A DNA stretch of 64,000 nucleotides from Eledone cirrhosa (lineage: Eukaryota): assembly GCA_964016885.1 (NCBI GenBank), contig OZ024743.1, forward strand, positions 50,778,001-50,842,000. The letters run 5' to 3'. Of this stretch, positions 26,427 through 42,134 are shown piece by piece (position 1 is the stretch's first letter; the number at the start of each line of letters is the position of its first letter). A program made the translations under genes and the position numbers. Below the pieces are notes generated by a model. That model was not told where the DNA came from. It did no database searches and worked only from the letters and a program-made list of their open reading frames with translations.

Positions 26427-27039
26427 CATGAGTTGCGGCCCGAGTTAAGACTATTTGAAATCTTTGCCAATCAATTATCTTGCTCTTACCGTTTATATAT
26501 CTGAACATCATATACTCAATGATCTGTCCAGTGCTATTCAGAAATGGCTGCTTTCCTGCCACCTTCACTCAGACACTCACTAACTCATCCCTACTCATCA
26601 CTCATCAATCATCCCCCTTCATCACATCAACCCTGTTCCCCCCCTCCCCAGATCTCACATTAAACACTACTCCCCCTCACCTCCTGTATATGTCTCTCTA
26701 CCCCCAAACATCGACCCTACCCAATCCCTTTCTGCAGCCATTGTCTCGAGACAGTTCAAGGCTAACCTTGTTTGTATCAACGGACATTTGAACACACACC
26801 CCCATACACACACACGTATGTACACATACACACACACGTATGTACACATACATATTCACATAGACAAGCAAGTAGATATATATATATATACACACAAACT
26901 TACATTTATATATCTACACACATACACTGAAATGTTCACCGATATATATAGACACAAACACTCACAAGCACATTCACACACATACACACACACACACACA
27001 CACACATACACACATGCACGTACATTGACACTACCTCAG

Positions 27040-27860
27040 AATTCTATCACTACCCATCACAAACACCATAAAGCACACCACAACCACCAACACTACCACC
27101 ACTACCACCAACACTACCGCCACCACCACCAACACTACCACCACCTCCACCAACAACACTATCACCACCACCACCAACACTATCACCACCACCACCAACA
27201 CTACCACCACCACCACCAACACTATCACCACCACTAACACTACCACCACTAACACTATCACCACCACCACTAACACTACCACCACCAACACTAACACTAT
27301 CACCACCACCAACACTATCACCACTACCACCAACACTATCACCACCACCAACACCAACACTACCACCACCACCACCAACACTATCACCACCAACAACACT
27401 ATCACCACCACCACTAACACTACCACCACCACCAACACTATCGCCACCACCACCAACACTATCACCACCACCACCATTACCACAATCACCACTACCACCA
27501 TCACCACCACCACACCACCACCACCACCAGCACTACCACCACCACCCCCACCACCAACGCCTCCACCACCAATACCACCAACACTAACACTATCACCACC
27601 ACCACCACCACCACCACCACTACCACCACCAACATTAGCACCACCAACACTAACACCACCATCAACATTATCACCACCACTAACACTATCCCCACCTACA
27701 CCACTACCACCCCCACCCCACCCCCACCACACCCCACACCACACCCCCACCACACCACCACCACCAACACCCCACCACCAACACCCCACCACCAACACCA
27801 CCAACACCACCAACACCATCACCACCCCCACTACCACCACCACCACCACCACCACCTCCA
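27040..27860. repeat. (CAC)n-derived array with 18-bp CAACACTATCACCACCAC units
   Basis: Direct reading. Confidence 0.9.
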
Positions 27861-28019
27861 TCATAGGAAACGCGTTATTTATTTTCTCTCGGTAGAAATG
27901 GTTTCCCCGAATGTGGAACGGAAATGTATGACGCATGTTGACTGCAGATAACCTAGTATGAGGTCAGACTGAAGGTCAACCACCAAAATATAGGTCTCTA
28001 TATAGTGAAGACATGAAAA

Positions 28020-28540
28020 TACCATAGTGTTGTGTATAGTACCCCGCCTATGGCACTGTGTACTTAATATTGATCAGACTGTCTGTGTAGCAACCACAGT
28101 ATTGTCTTATGTAGTACACCATTGTGTTCAGACTGTCGTCTAGTACCTTGTCTATAGTACCACTGAGTAGTAGTGTATAGTGTTGTCTATAGTACCTTGT
28201 GTATTACACTGTGTAGTAGTTTACAGTGTCGTCTATAGAACCACTGTGTAGTAGTTTACAGTGTTGACTATAGTACCTTGTGTATTACACTGTGTAATAG
28301 TTTACAGTGTTGACTATAGTATCTTGTCTACAGTTCCACTGTGTGGTAGTTTACAGTGTTGTCTATGGTACCTTGTGTATTACACTGTGTAGTAGTTTAC
28401 AGTGTCGTCTATAGTACCCCGCCTATTACACTGTATAGTAGTTTACAGTGTCGTCTATAGAACCCCACCTATTACACTGTGTATTACTGTTCAAAGCGTT
28501 GTCTATAGTGCCTGGCCTGTTACACTGTATTTAGTACTGC
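28020..28540. repeat. Degenerate minisatellite of about 46 bp
   Basis: Recurrent TATTACACTGTGTAGTAGTTTACAGTGT..TCTATAG. Confidence 0.8.
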
Positions 28541-28910
28541 ATGTGCTGTTATATCTCACATCTATGCAAGTTTAGTTGGCCTCTTACGGCATCTCATATG
28601 AGGTTTCTTAGGTGTTTTAACGATAGGATCCCCAGTCATCGATAACCTAATAGAGAGTGACGAAAAGAGTTTGGCAAGTAATTAGTTGATTAACCAATTA
28701 ACTTATGTATTAATTACCTGATTAATAGTAAAATAAATTGAAGTGAAACCTAATTGGTACGTGTGCTTTGATTGGCAGCATGACCCTACCAAAGTACAAC
28801 AGTAAAATATTCTATTTCTTCACTCTTGTTGCCGTTCAGGCATCTGATATACTTAGGCACCGAATTGCTATTTTCCTCCGCCAAATCAAGACGAGGGTAT
28901 CACACCTTCT

Positions 28911-29093
28911 TAATAATTGTTTCTACTTTTGGCACAAGGCCAGCAATTATCCCAGTGTATTACTGGTACTTTATTTTATCGACCCCGTAAGGATGAAAGG
29001 CAAAATTAACCTCGGCGGGATTTGAACTCAGACCATAAAGGGACGTAACTCTTTGCTGCAAAGCATGGTGTCCGACCCTCTACCGATACTTCC
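28911..29093 (-). mobile_element. SINE family A
   Basis: Reverse complement of the family A sequence. Confidence 0.85.
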
Positions 29094-29667
29094 AATAATA
29101 GAACAGTTAATGTAGTTAATATCACTGATTCTTATTCGAAGCAACGCATTCACCTAATTGTCCACGGCCCATAGCTGAAATATGTCGACAAACTGAGGGA
29201 GGTAACATTGCGACAATGTGTAACTCTCCCGTCTAAATTTACAAAAATATCTAGTTCTTTGTTGTAACGTTACAGCAATGTGGAGCTTTGATATGTGTTA
29301 TAACAGTGTTCAGCTGTTCTATGTAACTTTGTTCCAACCACCAAAATTGCTAGCCGTGTGCTTGAATCAGAAACCATTTATTATCGTCTGCCAACCAGAT
29401 CTGGATATTTCCAGTTTGATATTTCTAGTCAGATGATATTTATGACCATTATTTGTTGAATTAGGCCCAGAACACTCGTTTTCCATTACGAGGCCAATGT
29501 AATAACGAGATTGTCGTCTGCTAAAAGACTACCACTTCCATCTTTCAATGGAATCTATATTATATATGTTGCCGTCTCCATATTTCCTACCTGTAAAGCT
29601 ACAGACATTTTCCAATCCATTTAATTCAATATCTACAATCCTCTCATCTTTATTCTCATACGTCTCA

Positions 29668-30359
<692 letters not shown>

Positions 30360-30522
30360 TCGTTGCAGAGTTTTCTATGTAAATTTATCACTTACGCGGC
30401 TATTTTAACAAAATACGTTTTTTTTGCAATTTGCAAAACCAGAAAGCAGACAGACTGGCTAATTTAAGGAAATGGCACCAGTCGGTGAATAAATCAATGT
30501 AAAAATATGCAGACATAGATAG

Positions 30523-30578
<56 letters not shown>

Positions 30579-31357
30579 AGAAAGAGATTCAATGATATAG
30601 ATATAGATATGAATATATATTTATATGTAAATATACACACACATACACACACACATATATATACACATATATATACACATATATATATATATGTGTGTGT
30701 GTATGTTTCACGTGCAAGATTTTCAATGGATCGCATCGTCTGGGACAACATTGGCGGAGTAAGCATTTCTGAATTGGGAGGGGGGGGGGGGGGGGGATTC
30801 TAAATTGGTCAGAAAACTTCGATATGCGATAAACATAACATGTACATAAATTGTAGCGTATATCCAAATAGATGTATTTTGGTAGTTTGGGGAGAAAATA
30901 TAATTATTGGAGGAGGGGATCATACACCCCTCCACTTCCACCGCTACTATATATAATTTTTTTTTAAATTATGCGCTGTGCCCTTTCCTAATGGGCTTAT
31001 ATATCGAGCTTCTTCGCATTTAGTAAGCCTTGTTACTCTAAAGTTTCACCTGTGTACTCACAGAATCTCCAGTCAGGTGAGACTCCAGAGTAACAAGGCT
31101 TAGCCATAATAAATGACTATTTAAACTCTACTTCGGTATTGAGTTTTCATTCTTACGTCCGTCAATAATTCACGGACTCTCAGGTCTTGAAATATCTATC
31201 TCTCCAATTTGTCTCTATATAACATGTACATAAATTGTAGCGCATATACGAATAGATGTGTTTTGGTAGTTTAGGGAGAAATATATAATTATGGGGGAGG
31301 GGGTGACATGGCCTCCCTGCCCCCATTTCCACCGGCCCTGGTCACTGACGGTATCCA

Positions 31358-31388
<31 letters not shown>

Positions 31389-31507
31389 AGAACGGTGTTC
31401 CGAAGAGGAAGGGAAGAGAACCGCAATAAAATAAGGTATTTAATAAGTGCCCTAGCAGAGAAGTTATATTTCTACAGTTCTAGTCGTGTAGAAGTCATTT
31501 CTTCATG

Positions 31508-31548
<41 letters not shown>

Positions 31549-31581
31549 TTAAAAGAATAGAGGTGTAACACACGAGTTATG

Positions 31582-31957
31582 ATATATTGGCAAACGGAAA
31601 AGAAAATGCTGACAAATTGTTCACAGTGAAAAATAGTTTAATTAGGAATAAGTGAAAATTAGTAATAGTATTGGTTAGTATTCAGTTTTGGTTTTAAGTT
31701 TTACCGGTTGCGCATTTCTAATGCTTTTCAAAAATAATTTTGAGATAGAGCGTCCGTGATGTTTGCTCTAATCTAATTAGAGCAAACATCACGAGCGCTC
31801 TATCTCAAAATTATTTTTGAAAAGCATTAGAAATGCGCAACCGGTAAAACTTAAAACCAAAACTGAATACTAACCAATACTATTACTAATTTTCACTTAT
31901 TCCTAATTAAACTATTTTTCACTGTGAACAATTTGTCAGCATTTTCTTTTCCGTTTA

Positions 31958-31966
<9 letters not shown>
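31582..31966. repeat. Near-perfect palindrome, arms about 190 bp, 3-nt spacer; solo arm at 45821-46010
   Basis: 31582-31772 is the reverse complement of 31776-31966. Confidence 0.92.
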
Positions 31967-31996
<30 letters not shown>

Positions 31997-32144
31997 GGGG
32001 TGGCATCAAAGTGACGAACCAGTAAAATAACACCTTGCCATAATATCTTCATATTTCTTGATATTATAAGTAAATGTGATAACTTCTTGATGATTAGGGC
32101 GGTGCGTTTTTTATTCGCCCCGCTGTATATATACACACACACAC

Positions 32145-32175
<31 letters not shown>

Positions 32176-32371
32176 GAACTGTCTTGAGGTTGGTACTTAT
32201 GAAATTCTTAAATATGATTTGGAAGTCAGAAAAGAAAGGAAGAAAAGAAAGAAGCACATTTCTCTCTCCTCAAGGAAAACATAATATAATAATTGTATAA
32301 TAATTCTACCATGTCACACAAACGCTGTTTTCTCAAAAAAGACTTTCTAAAATTCATAGAACAAAAATAAT

Positions 32372-32557
32372 TGTTTCTACTTTTGGCACAAGGCCAGAAA
32401 TTACCCAGTACATTACTGGTACTTTATTTTATCGACCCGTAAGGATGAAAGGCAAAATTAACCTCGGCGGGATTTGAACTCAGTTCATAAAGGGACGTAG
32501 CTCTATGCTTCAAAGCATGGCGTCCGACCCTCTACCGATACTGTCAATCCACCGCCC
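32372..32557 (-). mobile_element. SINE family A with 19-bp TSD
   Basis: TTCATAGAACAAAAATAAT on both sides. Confidence 0.88.
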
Positions 32558-32708
32558 TTCATAGAACAAAAATAATGTTGGCTGGAAAGTGGTCAGCAAA
32601 TGTTCAACATCTATATATAAATTTCTGCGATTCTGTCACAACACGCTAAGAGAGTGGAATAGTTTGACTACCTCATACTACTCCTCTCTCTTTAGGTCTG
32701 CTGCCTGG

Positions 32709-32818
32709 GTGAATGTATGTATGTGTAAAAGGAAGGAAGGGGTGGTGGAACACTATGTGTGTGTGTGTGTTTGTGTGAATGTATGTGTGTATAAAAGGAA
32801 GGAAGTGGTGGTGGAACA

Positions 32819-32853
<35 letters not shown>

Positions 32854-33130
32854 TATGTGTGTATAAAAGGAAGGAAGTGGTGGTGGAACACTATGTGTGT
32901 GTGTTTGTGTGAATGTATGTGTGTATAAAAGGAAGGAAGTGGTGGTGGAACACTATGTGTGTTTGTGTGAATGTATGTGTGTATAAAAGGAAGGAAGTGG
33001 TGGTGGAACACTATGTGTGTGTGTGTGTTTGTGTGAATGTATGTGTGTATAAAAGGAAGGAAGTGGTGGTGGAAAACTATGTGTGTGTGTGTGTAAATGT
33101 ATGTGTGTGTAAAAGGAAGGAAGTGGAAGT
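32709..33130. repeat. Minisatellite of about 55-65 bp, 7 copies, with a variable (GT)n
   Basis: GTGAATGTATGTGTGTATAAAAGGAAGGAAGTGGTGGTGGAACACTAT repeats. Confidence 0.92.
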
Positions 33131-34700
33131 GTGTCTGTGTTTGGAAGTTTATATGTATATACTCATACAGATAAATGTATGTATATGCACATATACCCAC
33201 ACCCACACCTATACACATACTCGTCAGCGTATAGAAAACATTTCTAGTATTCTAAAATGCGCTTTCTGTCAGCGGTGTTGCCCCCGTCACTCTCTCCCCC
33301 TCCTTCTCTCTCTATCAATCTATCTAGGAACCAAACATTACTTATTCCACCCATCTGTAAAACAAGGGGTAATGTACTACTTCTTTTTTAAACAAAGCCA
33401 ACAGAGAGAGGAGAAAGTCGATCATATTGACACTAATATTCCACTGATAATTAATCGATGAAAGGTAAAGTTGACCTCGGCTAAATTTGAACTCAGCATT
33501 AAAATATAAATTTGATTTAATGATGTTTTAGTTTAAACTCAGCAGTTATTGTATTTGTTGTTGTTGTTGTTGTTACAGCTCATATTGACTTAGCTGACGT
33601 CTTACGAGATTGTATCTCAGGAGTTTCGTTGGGTGTTTCAATGACAGGAACCCCAGTCATATCACATACACACACACACACTCAAACACACATATACACA
33701 TGTGTGTGTGTGTTGGTCTTATAGCTCACACTTATATAGCTTCCACTGACCTCTTACAAGATTACATCTCGGATGTTTTAATGATATCGACCCGCAGGTC
33801 TAATGGACCGCCCCTTCCTGCATTCGACCCTGCAATCGTGATTTTAAACACACTAACCACTATGCTCCAGACCTTCTCTACCGTTATGTAAATCTATAGA
33901 GAGTGAAACCTCCTTATTTGTTTGATTTCATTTATTCTTTGCAAAGCTGAGGTTTAGTGCGTTTGGATTTCTCGTTATGTCAGAGCTGAAAATAGATTTT
34001 CATTACATAACCTACATTTCAGGCGTCATCAAACTAACCCAAAATTATTGATTCCTTTGACACAAGGCTGTAGCTGCAGATATTGTTACAACCAGACAGT
34101 GCACTATGATGTTAAAAACAGCCGGTACCACCAGCCGGTACCACCAACCGGTGTACTATGATAATGCAGCCAGTCAGTCTAGCCAATCGGTGCACCATGA
34201 TGTTGCATTAGTCCAGTTAGTTGGTTCACTATATTGCAGCCACCGCCATGTATAACGATTACATATCGAATTTCTATATATTTGCCATTAATTCTCAGAG
34301 AGTTTATAGTTCAAGAATTTCTATAAAACTAGTGAAACTAGTAAGGTGAACCATTAGCGACAATAGCTCAACATGCAATGGAGATGCTATAAAGGCGTAT
34401 AAAGAAGTCTGATATTTGAAATAAAGAAAAAGTTTGTTCTTCAGAGTGCATCAACCGCAATTTTGAGGTGAATGTACTGGGCGGCCTTGAAAAAATACTG
34501 GGTTTTCAGTTTCAACATAGGCGGAGCACAGCAGGAATCAAAGATATCTTTACCACCTCTCTCTCTCTCTATATATATTTTTTTTTTTTAGTGGTGTGAG
34601 TTTGTGAGACACGCTAAGTTCAGATACCATGTACGTTATTATATATACGCACACTATTCAGTTTTTTAATACACTTAGAAGTGCCCAGGATACTAATTCT

Positions 34701-34780
34701 TCACCCACTGATGAGCAGGAATTGGTATTCCTCTTCACAATTAATTTTGCGAAACAGCATTACCAAAACTGTCCGGGTGA
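34701..34780 (+). ncRNA. Type I hammerhead motif heading a non-coding repeat (34680-35050)
   Basis: TCACCCA-CTGATGA-GCAGGAATT...AATTTTGC-GAAA-CAG loop CTG-TC-CGGGTGA; GUC site; degenerate homologue at 5650-5755. Confidence 0.75.
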
Positions 34781-35816
34781 TTGGTAGTTACCACAATTCC
34801 GGTTTGTATTTATTTTCTTGATTTATTCTTAAATTGAGTCTGGCAAACCCTATTGTCTAATTGTCTATAGTTAGTATTCTTTTCACCTTAGCGAATCTTA
34901 TCCCTTACGATTTGAACACATATATGTATATATCTGTGTTCGTTTTCTTTTATATTCAATTATAATATACGGCTCGGAAAAATCTCTTTCCTAGAGCTAT
35001 TTTATTGTAAGAGACTATTTTGAGTTTCTAACTCAATATATACCTTTGATATATATATACATATATATATATCAACTAGAAATTGATTGACATATATATA
35101 TATATATCTAAAATAAACATATGAAACAATCACAGGGAATAATTTGTAAAAGTGTGTAACCACACATAGCTAGGTAGGTAACTAATTAAAGTTTAACTAG
35201 AACTTTAAATATAGATTCCTTATAAATTGATTAATCTTCTTTGTATATATTTCATTAAAGAAATAAATTTCACCGTCAATCGATCGGTAAACCACAGTAG
35301 CCAAATCCTGGATTTTCAACAAGGGAGAAGATTTAACTATCTGTGTTTACACAGCAAATCCAAATCTGCGAATGATTAACAGCATGTGTTGCATTTTTTT
35401 TAAATACACACATCGCACCAGCTTCATCCCAGTGGCGTGAATAGGGTTACCGACAACTAGAAATAGCAGCCGAGTCCTTTCAACTGAGTTAGCTCTACAA
35501 TTAAGGGGCCGTATATATATCCAAAATTAAATTAAGGGTGTCATGTCAGAGAGACATGCACCATATCCACTGTAGAATATGCTCCAAGATTCTAATGAAT
35601 AGATCCGAGCATTTTATATCAACTAGAAATTGATTGACATATATATATATCTAAAATATATAGTTTAAAGTTTAAGCAAAGAATCGCTGCTTTCACCCTT
35701 AATGGGTGAAAGCAGCGATTCTATATACATATACACACACACACACACACACACGGCGTCATAATGGACAGACAGACATTCTCTGTTTTAGATATATATA
35801 TATATTCTATATTTCA

Positions 35817-36588
<772 letters not shown>

Positions 36589-36598
36589 ATATATATAT

Positions 36599-36685
<87 letters not shown>

Positions 36686-37301
36686 ATACTTTGGGAGGGT
36701 CATGTTGCCAAAAAGAAACACACGCACCAGTTGCTTTCACTCCAATTTATTATAAATTAAATTATAAATTTAAGAAATTTATAAATTTCCGGTTGGTTGG
36801 TTGGTTCCACAACCGGATCGTTGTTCATATATTGTCAAAGTATAACAATATCGGTTTCAACACACGTTTTCAGATAAAGAATCTTGCTAAACAAATTCAG
36901 AAACGATATATATATTAATATATATATATGTGTGTGTGTGTGTGTGTATAAGCGAGATGTTTGTTGGTTGGGGTGTTCGCGCATCACACAAAAACGAAAA
37001 CTGACAATCGAAAGTAAGTACACCAATGGAATAATGGTATATCCAGGAAGGTTTATTGAGAACATCCTGGGTATGGTAACCAACCTAACTGCTATTTCTA
37101 GCAGGTTGGGAGTGACGATCCCTCGTATCGAAAAACTTAGAAGCTGCTTGTTTTATATATTACTATCGCTATCTGATGAACTCGGGAGTTAAATAGGTCA
37201 AATCACACCCACCACCTAATTGTCGACCCCAGCAAATTATATATAATAGCTAAATAAATAAACTTATACACAACTTCATATGGCCTTCGCTATATTTACT
37301 G

Positions 37302-37338
<37 letters not shown>

Positions 37339-37341
<3 letters not shown>

Positions 37342-37733
37342 GAGGGTAATCCCAAAAGTAAGGTCTCCAAAGCGATGGGGACGCAGAGAAACTGTTCGTA
37401 CGGCTGTTGGCAACACTGTTGTGATTGGTGCTTCCTTCGCTCCCAAACAAGCATGCGCGCATTTCGCTGGGATGCTCAATCTTGGCTTGGCAGCCGTTGA
37501 GAATGGAGCTCCCGTTGAACGTTACCGCCAAGTGCGAATTTCGCGCAGTTATTATATACGAGGGCAATCCCAAAAGTAAGGTCTCCTTCCGAGGAAAACA
37601 TGTGTAAAGATCGGCGGATCACTCTGGGTGCTCTCTGCATTTTGGTTCCTGAGGTTTCCCGAAGCACCATCCACAGGATTTTAACGGAAAAGTTGCAATA
37701 TCGGAAGGAGACCTTACTTTTGGGATTTCCCTC

Positions 37734-37736
<3 letters not shown>
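37339..37736 (+). mobile_element. Internally deleted mariner (Tc1/mariner) element with three TIR copies
   Basis: TIR TACGAGGG.AATCCCAAAAGTAAGGTCTCC at 37339 and 37557, inverted at 37707-37736; transposase relics MELPLNVTAKCEFRAVI and DRRITL...SRSTIHRILTEKLQYRK; TA flanks. Confidence 0.85.
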
Positions 37737-37812
<76 letters not shown>

Positions 37813-37813
<1 letters not shown>

Positions 37814-38448
37814 TAGCAGATGTACCCGGCGTTGCTCGGGAAATGAATGACACCCTGTTTGTCCGTATAAAGAGAGCCAAAGGTTGAGCAAAGAATTGAA
37901 ATGTAATTGTAAAAAAAAGTTTAACAAAATGGGTGTACAGTGACATGATTGAGTGAAATAAACGGCAACATAAAAACAATTCATGGGGTAGCTTGAGTTA
38001 ATTGACGTGAGTAACGTCGTGCTATCAAACGTATTTCTCACAGGAATATGCACGATATATGTTCAGTCATGTTGACTAATGTTAGTTGCGTAGTCCAATT
38101 AGAAATCGCGACCTTCAATCGGGCGAATTGTTCAAGGTCGTTTATGGCCTAGCTAGCAATTTCTGAGTGCATGTCAGCTTATGTCAGCTAATTGGCTAGC
38201 CAATGAGAGGTCGCCTCAATAGCACGTGCCAAATCGGCCTAGTACTTCAAAGGTTAAAAGGAGCCTAGTATTTGTACTCAAACAGATACACACACAAAAT
38301 CGATTTTTCGGCCCCAATATCCAAAACCTGCTCTGGCATAAAAGCAACATGTGGGCAAAATTTGGTTGAAATCGGCCTAGTACTTCAAAAGTTAAAAGAA
38401 GCCTAGTATTTGTACACAGACAGACAGACACACACACAGACCGACTTG

Positions 38449-38460
<12 letters not shown>
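37813..38460 (-). mobile_element. Non-autonomous Helitron
   Basis: Minus-strand 3' end CCCGAGCAACGCCGGG hairpin plus CTAG|T; 5' TATATAAAAGCAAGTCGGTCTGTGTG; internal duplication of about 65 bp. Confidence 0.75.
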
Positions 38461-38538
<78 letters not shown>

Positions 38539-40436
38539 AATGGAAAAAAATGAAACGAAATTTCATTTCCCACTCTTAGTACGGCTGTTACTTAAATATA
38601 AGTATGTACACGTACATACATATATGTATACTGACGTACAGTAGTATGTATATATATATAAATACATGCACACATATATATATATATGTACGTATATATA
38701 TATGTGTGCATGTATGTATATATATACATACTAGTGTACGTCTGTATACATATATGTATGTACGTATACATACTTATATATATACCACAAGCGAGACCCT
38801 CTGGATAACGTAGACGCAGGACCATACCCGCAAATACATACTCTGATCTGTCTTGAATATACAGGGCTGACGGAATATGGATAACACGACCACCATCTAA
38901 GCTGAGACCGACCCATACAGCAAACAAAGAGAGGACAGCCCTTCGCTTTTGACCAGTCGCGTGTGGACTTGGAGTTCGTATTATACCACCCCAGTCAAAT
39001 CCACACTGGTTTTTTAACAATATAGCATGTAGACCAATACATCATGCGTGGCGAAACCTTGGACTTAGAACCAGCAGGCTCGTCTATCGCGAAAGCGTTC
39101 AACCCCTGAAACTAAAAGATCGAACGGACCACATCCGGCAACCACTGGCTATTAGATCCACAGGTACATCTCCCAGAGAGTCCACGCAGATAATAGTGAA
39201 CCCCAGGTGATCTATGAACGTTTAAACAAGACCAGCTGCGCCTGGAGCTATGCAGATGACTGCTTACGCCTAATGGATATCGTGCCTGGAGCTGTGCAGG
39301 GGACTGCATAGGCAGAATGGATATCGCGCCCACACGGTCACCAGTACTGATCATCCTGTTATATTTTTGTAATAATTTTATGATAATTTTGTAATAATTT
39401 TGCGATAATTTTATGATAATTTGATAATTTTGTAATGATTTTGTGGTAATTTTGTGATGATTTGATAATTTTGTAATGATTTTGTGGTAATTTTGTAATG
39501 ATTTTGTAATAATTTTTAATCCTGTATCAATAATTTTAGAATGTTTTTTTGTGATAATACAGGGTTAGATCACTGAAGCTACCTTATACCTTCTTAAAGA
39601 TACATTTTATGATTATTGTCTTTTTGCTTATGTATTTTCTTAGTTACCACTTTCTTTAATCTTGCCCAACTTGATAAACTCCTTGAATTGCTCCCTAATT
39701 AAATTACTTAAATTGCTTAGATTATTGTATCTATTATGCCTAGATTGTATCTGTTGAAGCAGCCCTTTGAAAATTCCCCGGATATCCCAAATACCGTAAT
39801 TTTTCATTTTTAACTTTTAATGTATAATTTTCCTCAATTCGTTTTTATATTTATCCTTAAAGGCTCTCTAAAATTTTAATTCTTCGAAGGGTCTCTCGGA
39901 AGAAGTTCCTATTGGAAATAGTAAAGGGGCCTTTTCTGAGAGATTTATGGAAGGCTCTCTGAATTAACCTCTAATTGATTAGTTTCTTTCAACCTAGTTT
40001 TCAATTCAGTTTTCTGAATTTTGTAAACGTGATCTCGGGGGAAGAAGGTTTTTTTCTTTCGGAAAAAATTTTTTTTCTCTAGAAGAAATTTCATAGGAAC
40101 TCTATATATTTTTTAGGGAAACTTTATATTTTATTTTCTTATTTTATTAGCCTCTTAATTTTCTTCTAGACTAATAGGTTTATTGGAGCCTGTAAGCTTT
40201 ATGCACTCATTGAGGGATTTTCTGAGGTGCTTCTACGGGACCCCAAGTCTTTTGGTTTAATGTTGATGCGTGAATTATATATTTTTGTCTAAGTTTTAAA
40301 CTTCAATCCCTGACCCCGACAACTAATATAAAAGAGCCCCCCTTAAAGCGGAGTTGCTGATGTATACAACAATTTCAAACTGCTAGCCTTGAGTGATACG
40401 TTGATGTAAACAATGATCTTGCAATCACATGTTATA

Positions 40437-40483
40437 TGCCTTGATAAGTCCCACCATGGGGTCGGACGAAACGGCTGTCGGCA
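40437..40483 (+). ncRNA. Minimal hammerhead motif with U3-A8 core
   Basis: TGCC-TTGATAA-GTCC loop GGAC-GAAA-CGGCTG-TC-GGCA, about 55 nt before (TA)n. Confidence 0.68.
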
Positions 40484-40533
40484 ATAAACTTGTTATAATG
40501 TCATAATAGTTCCTTTGTTCTTTTTCACTAATA

Positions 40534-40648
<115 letters not shown>

Positions 40649-42134
40649 ATATATATATATTGCAAATGGTCATAACAATAGTTGATCACTGTATAGTTGA
40701 GAAATTAGGTAAAGTACCCCTGGAGAACAAAAAAGTGGAGATCCTGCAAGGAATTAAACTCCACATCTCTCTCAGATGACAAACTGACCCCCACCCTCCT
40801 CCGCCTTAACTCCACCTGCCACCCCCTCCCCGCCCAAGCCATCCTCCTCTTCATCCAAAACCTCAACCACGATCTCTTCTCCTTCCTCACCGCCACCAAA
40901 GCCCGCAAGCTACACTCACTCCTCCCAACCACCCCATCCACCACCACCCGCCCATCCCCATGAGCCCACCACTCTCCACCCCTCCCTCGACCCACAAATA
41001 TAGCGTGTGTTTACGTGAGAGGAAAGAAGGAGAAGCGAAGAAACGAATATAGCGTGGTTGAATAATACAGCAGGATTCATTATAATGATATGTTGAACAT
41101 TTTTTATTAAAGGTTTAATTAATAAATTTGATTAAATGTTTAATTAATAATTTAATAATTTAATAATTAGTTTAAATGTATATGTTAGATTATTAAAAAA
41201 TTAAAAAATCAAAAAATATTAAAAACTATTATATATTATTAAAAAAATATATTAAAAAGTATACATATTATTATAAAATATATATATTATTAATTATTAA
41301 AAAAATTGTAAGTTAAAAATTTAAAATATCCAAATAATTCTAAATTTATGGAAATTCCGAGAGTTTACCCCTTATTTGTATTATAATAGCAGTAAAGCGT
41401 AAAGGAAGTTATTAGTGATTTATTAATAACTCAGATGACTCTAAGGATTAAATGCTATAAGGTTAAAAAGTTAAAAAGTTAAATTTTCTATCTTAAGAAT
41501 GTAATTAGAACATGAACCTTATGTTATTTTATACGAAGTCATAAATTTATAAATTCATAAATTTACTTGTTATAAAGTTATAACATTTAAAACATAAATT
41601 TACTTGTTATAAAGTCATAACATTTAAAAATTATAACATTTAAAAAAATTTTTCATAAGAATATATTTAAAGCATAAAGCATAACAAAATGTTCATAAGA
41701 ATATATTTACAAAATATATTTAAAGCATAGATTCTAGGTTATACCACACATACATAAAAAAAACACTATGTTTATCACATATATATAAACATTTGGATAT
41801 ATAGATATTTTAAACATTTGGATATATATATATATTAAACCTTTGAAAAATATAAGAATATAAAAATCTAAAAATATAAAATATAAAATATAATTTTTCT
41901 ATACCCTTCAAAGGAATTTTCAAAAAAATTTTCTTAAACCCTTCAGTAAGTTTATCAAGAAAAAATGTTATCAAGAAAAAATGTTATCAAGAAAAAATTT
42001 TATTTAAAAGAGTTCCAAGCAGTCATATAAAGGAATTTAATGATTTATCGATAGGTGTAATAATAATATATGTGAAGTAGAGATAATGGAAAATAAGTTA
42101 TAGAGGACATTATATAAAAGAGATAAGTTATATA

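Noticed and set aside
29330-29620. Degenerate RT remnant on the minus strand (LLADD)
   Set aside because: Single short motif amid stops; cannot be delimited
31994-32127. Tc1-like MITE
   Set aside because: Ends look Tc1-like but match each other poorly
40760-40963. C-rich frame (ILLFIQNLNHDLFSFLTATKARKLHSLL) resembling the N-terminus of another Penelope clade
   Set aside because: Similarity from memory only; low complexity and short
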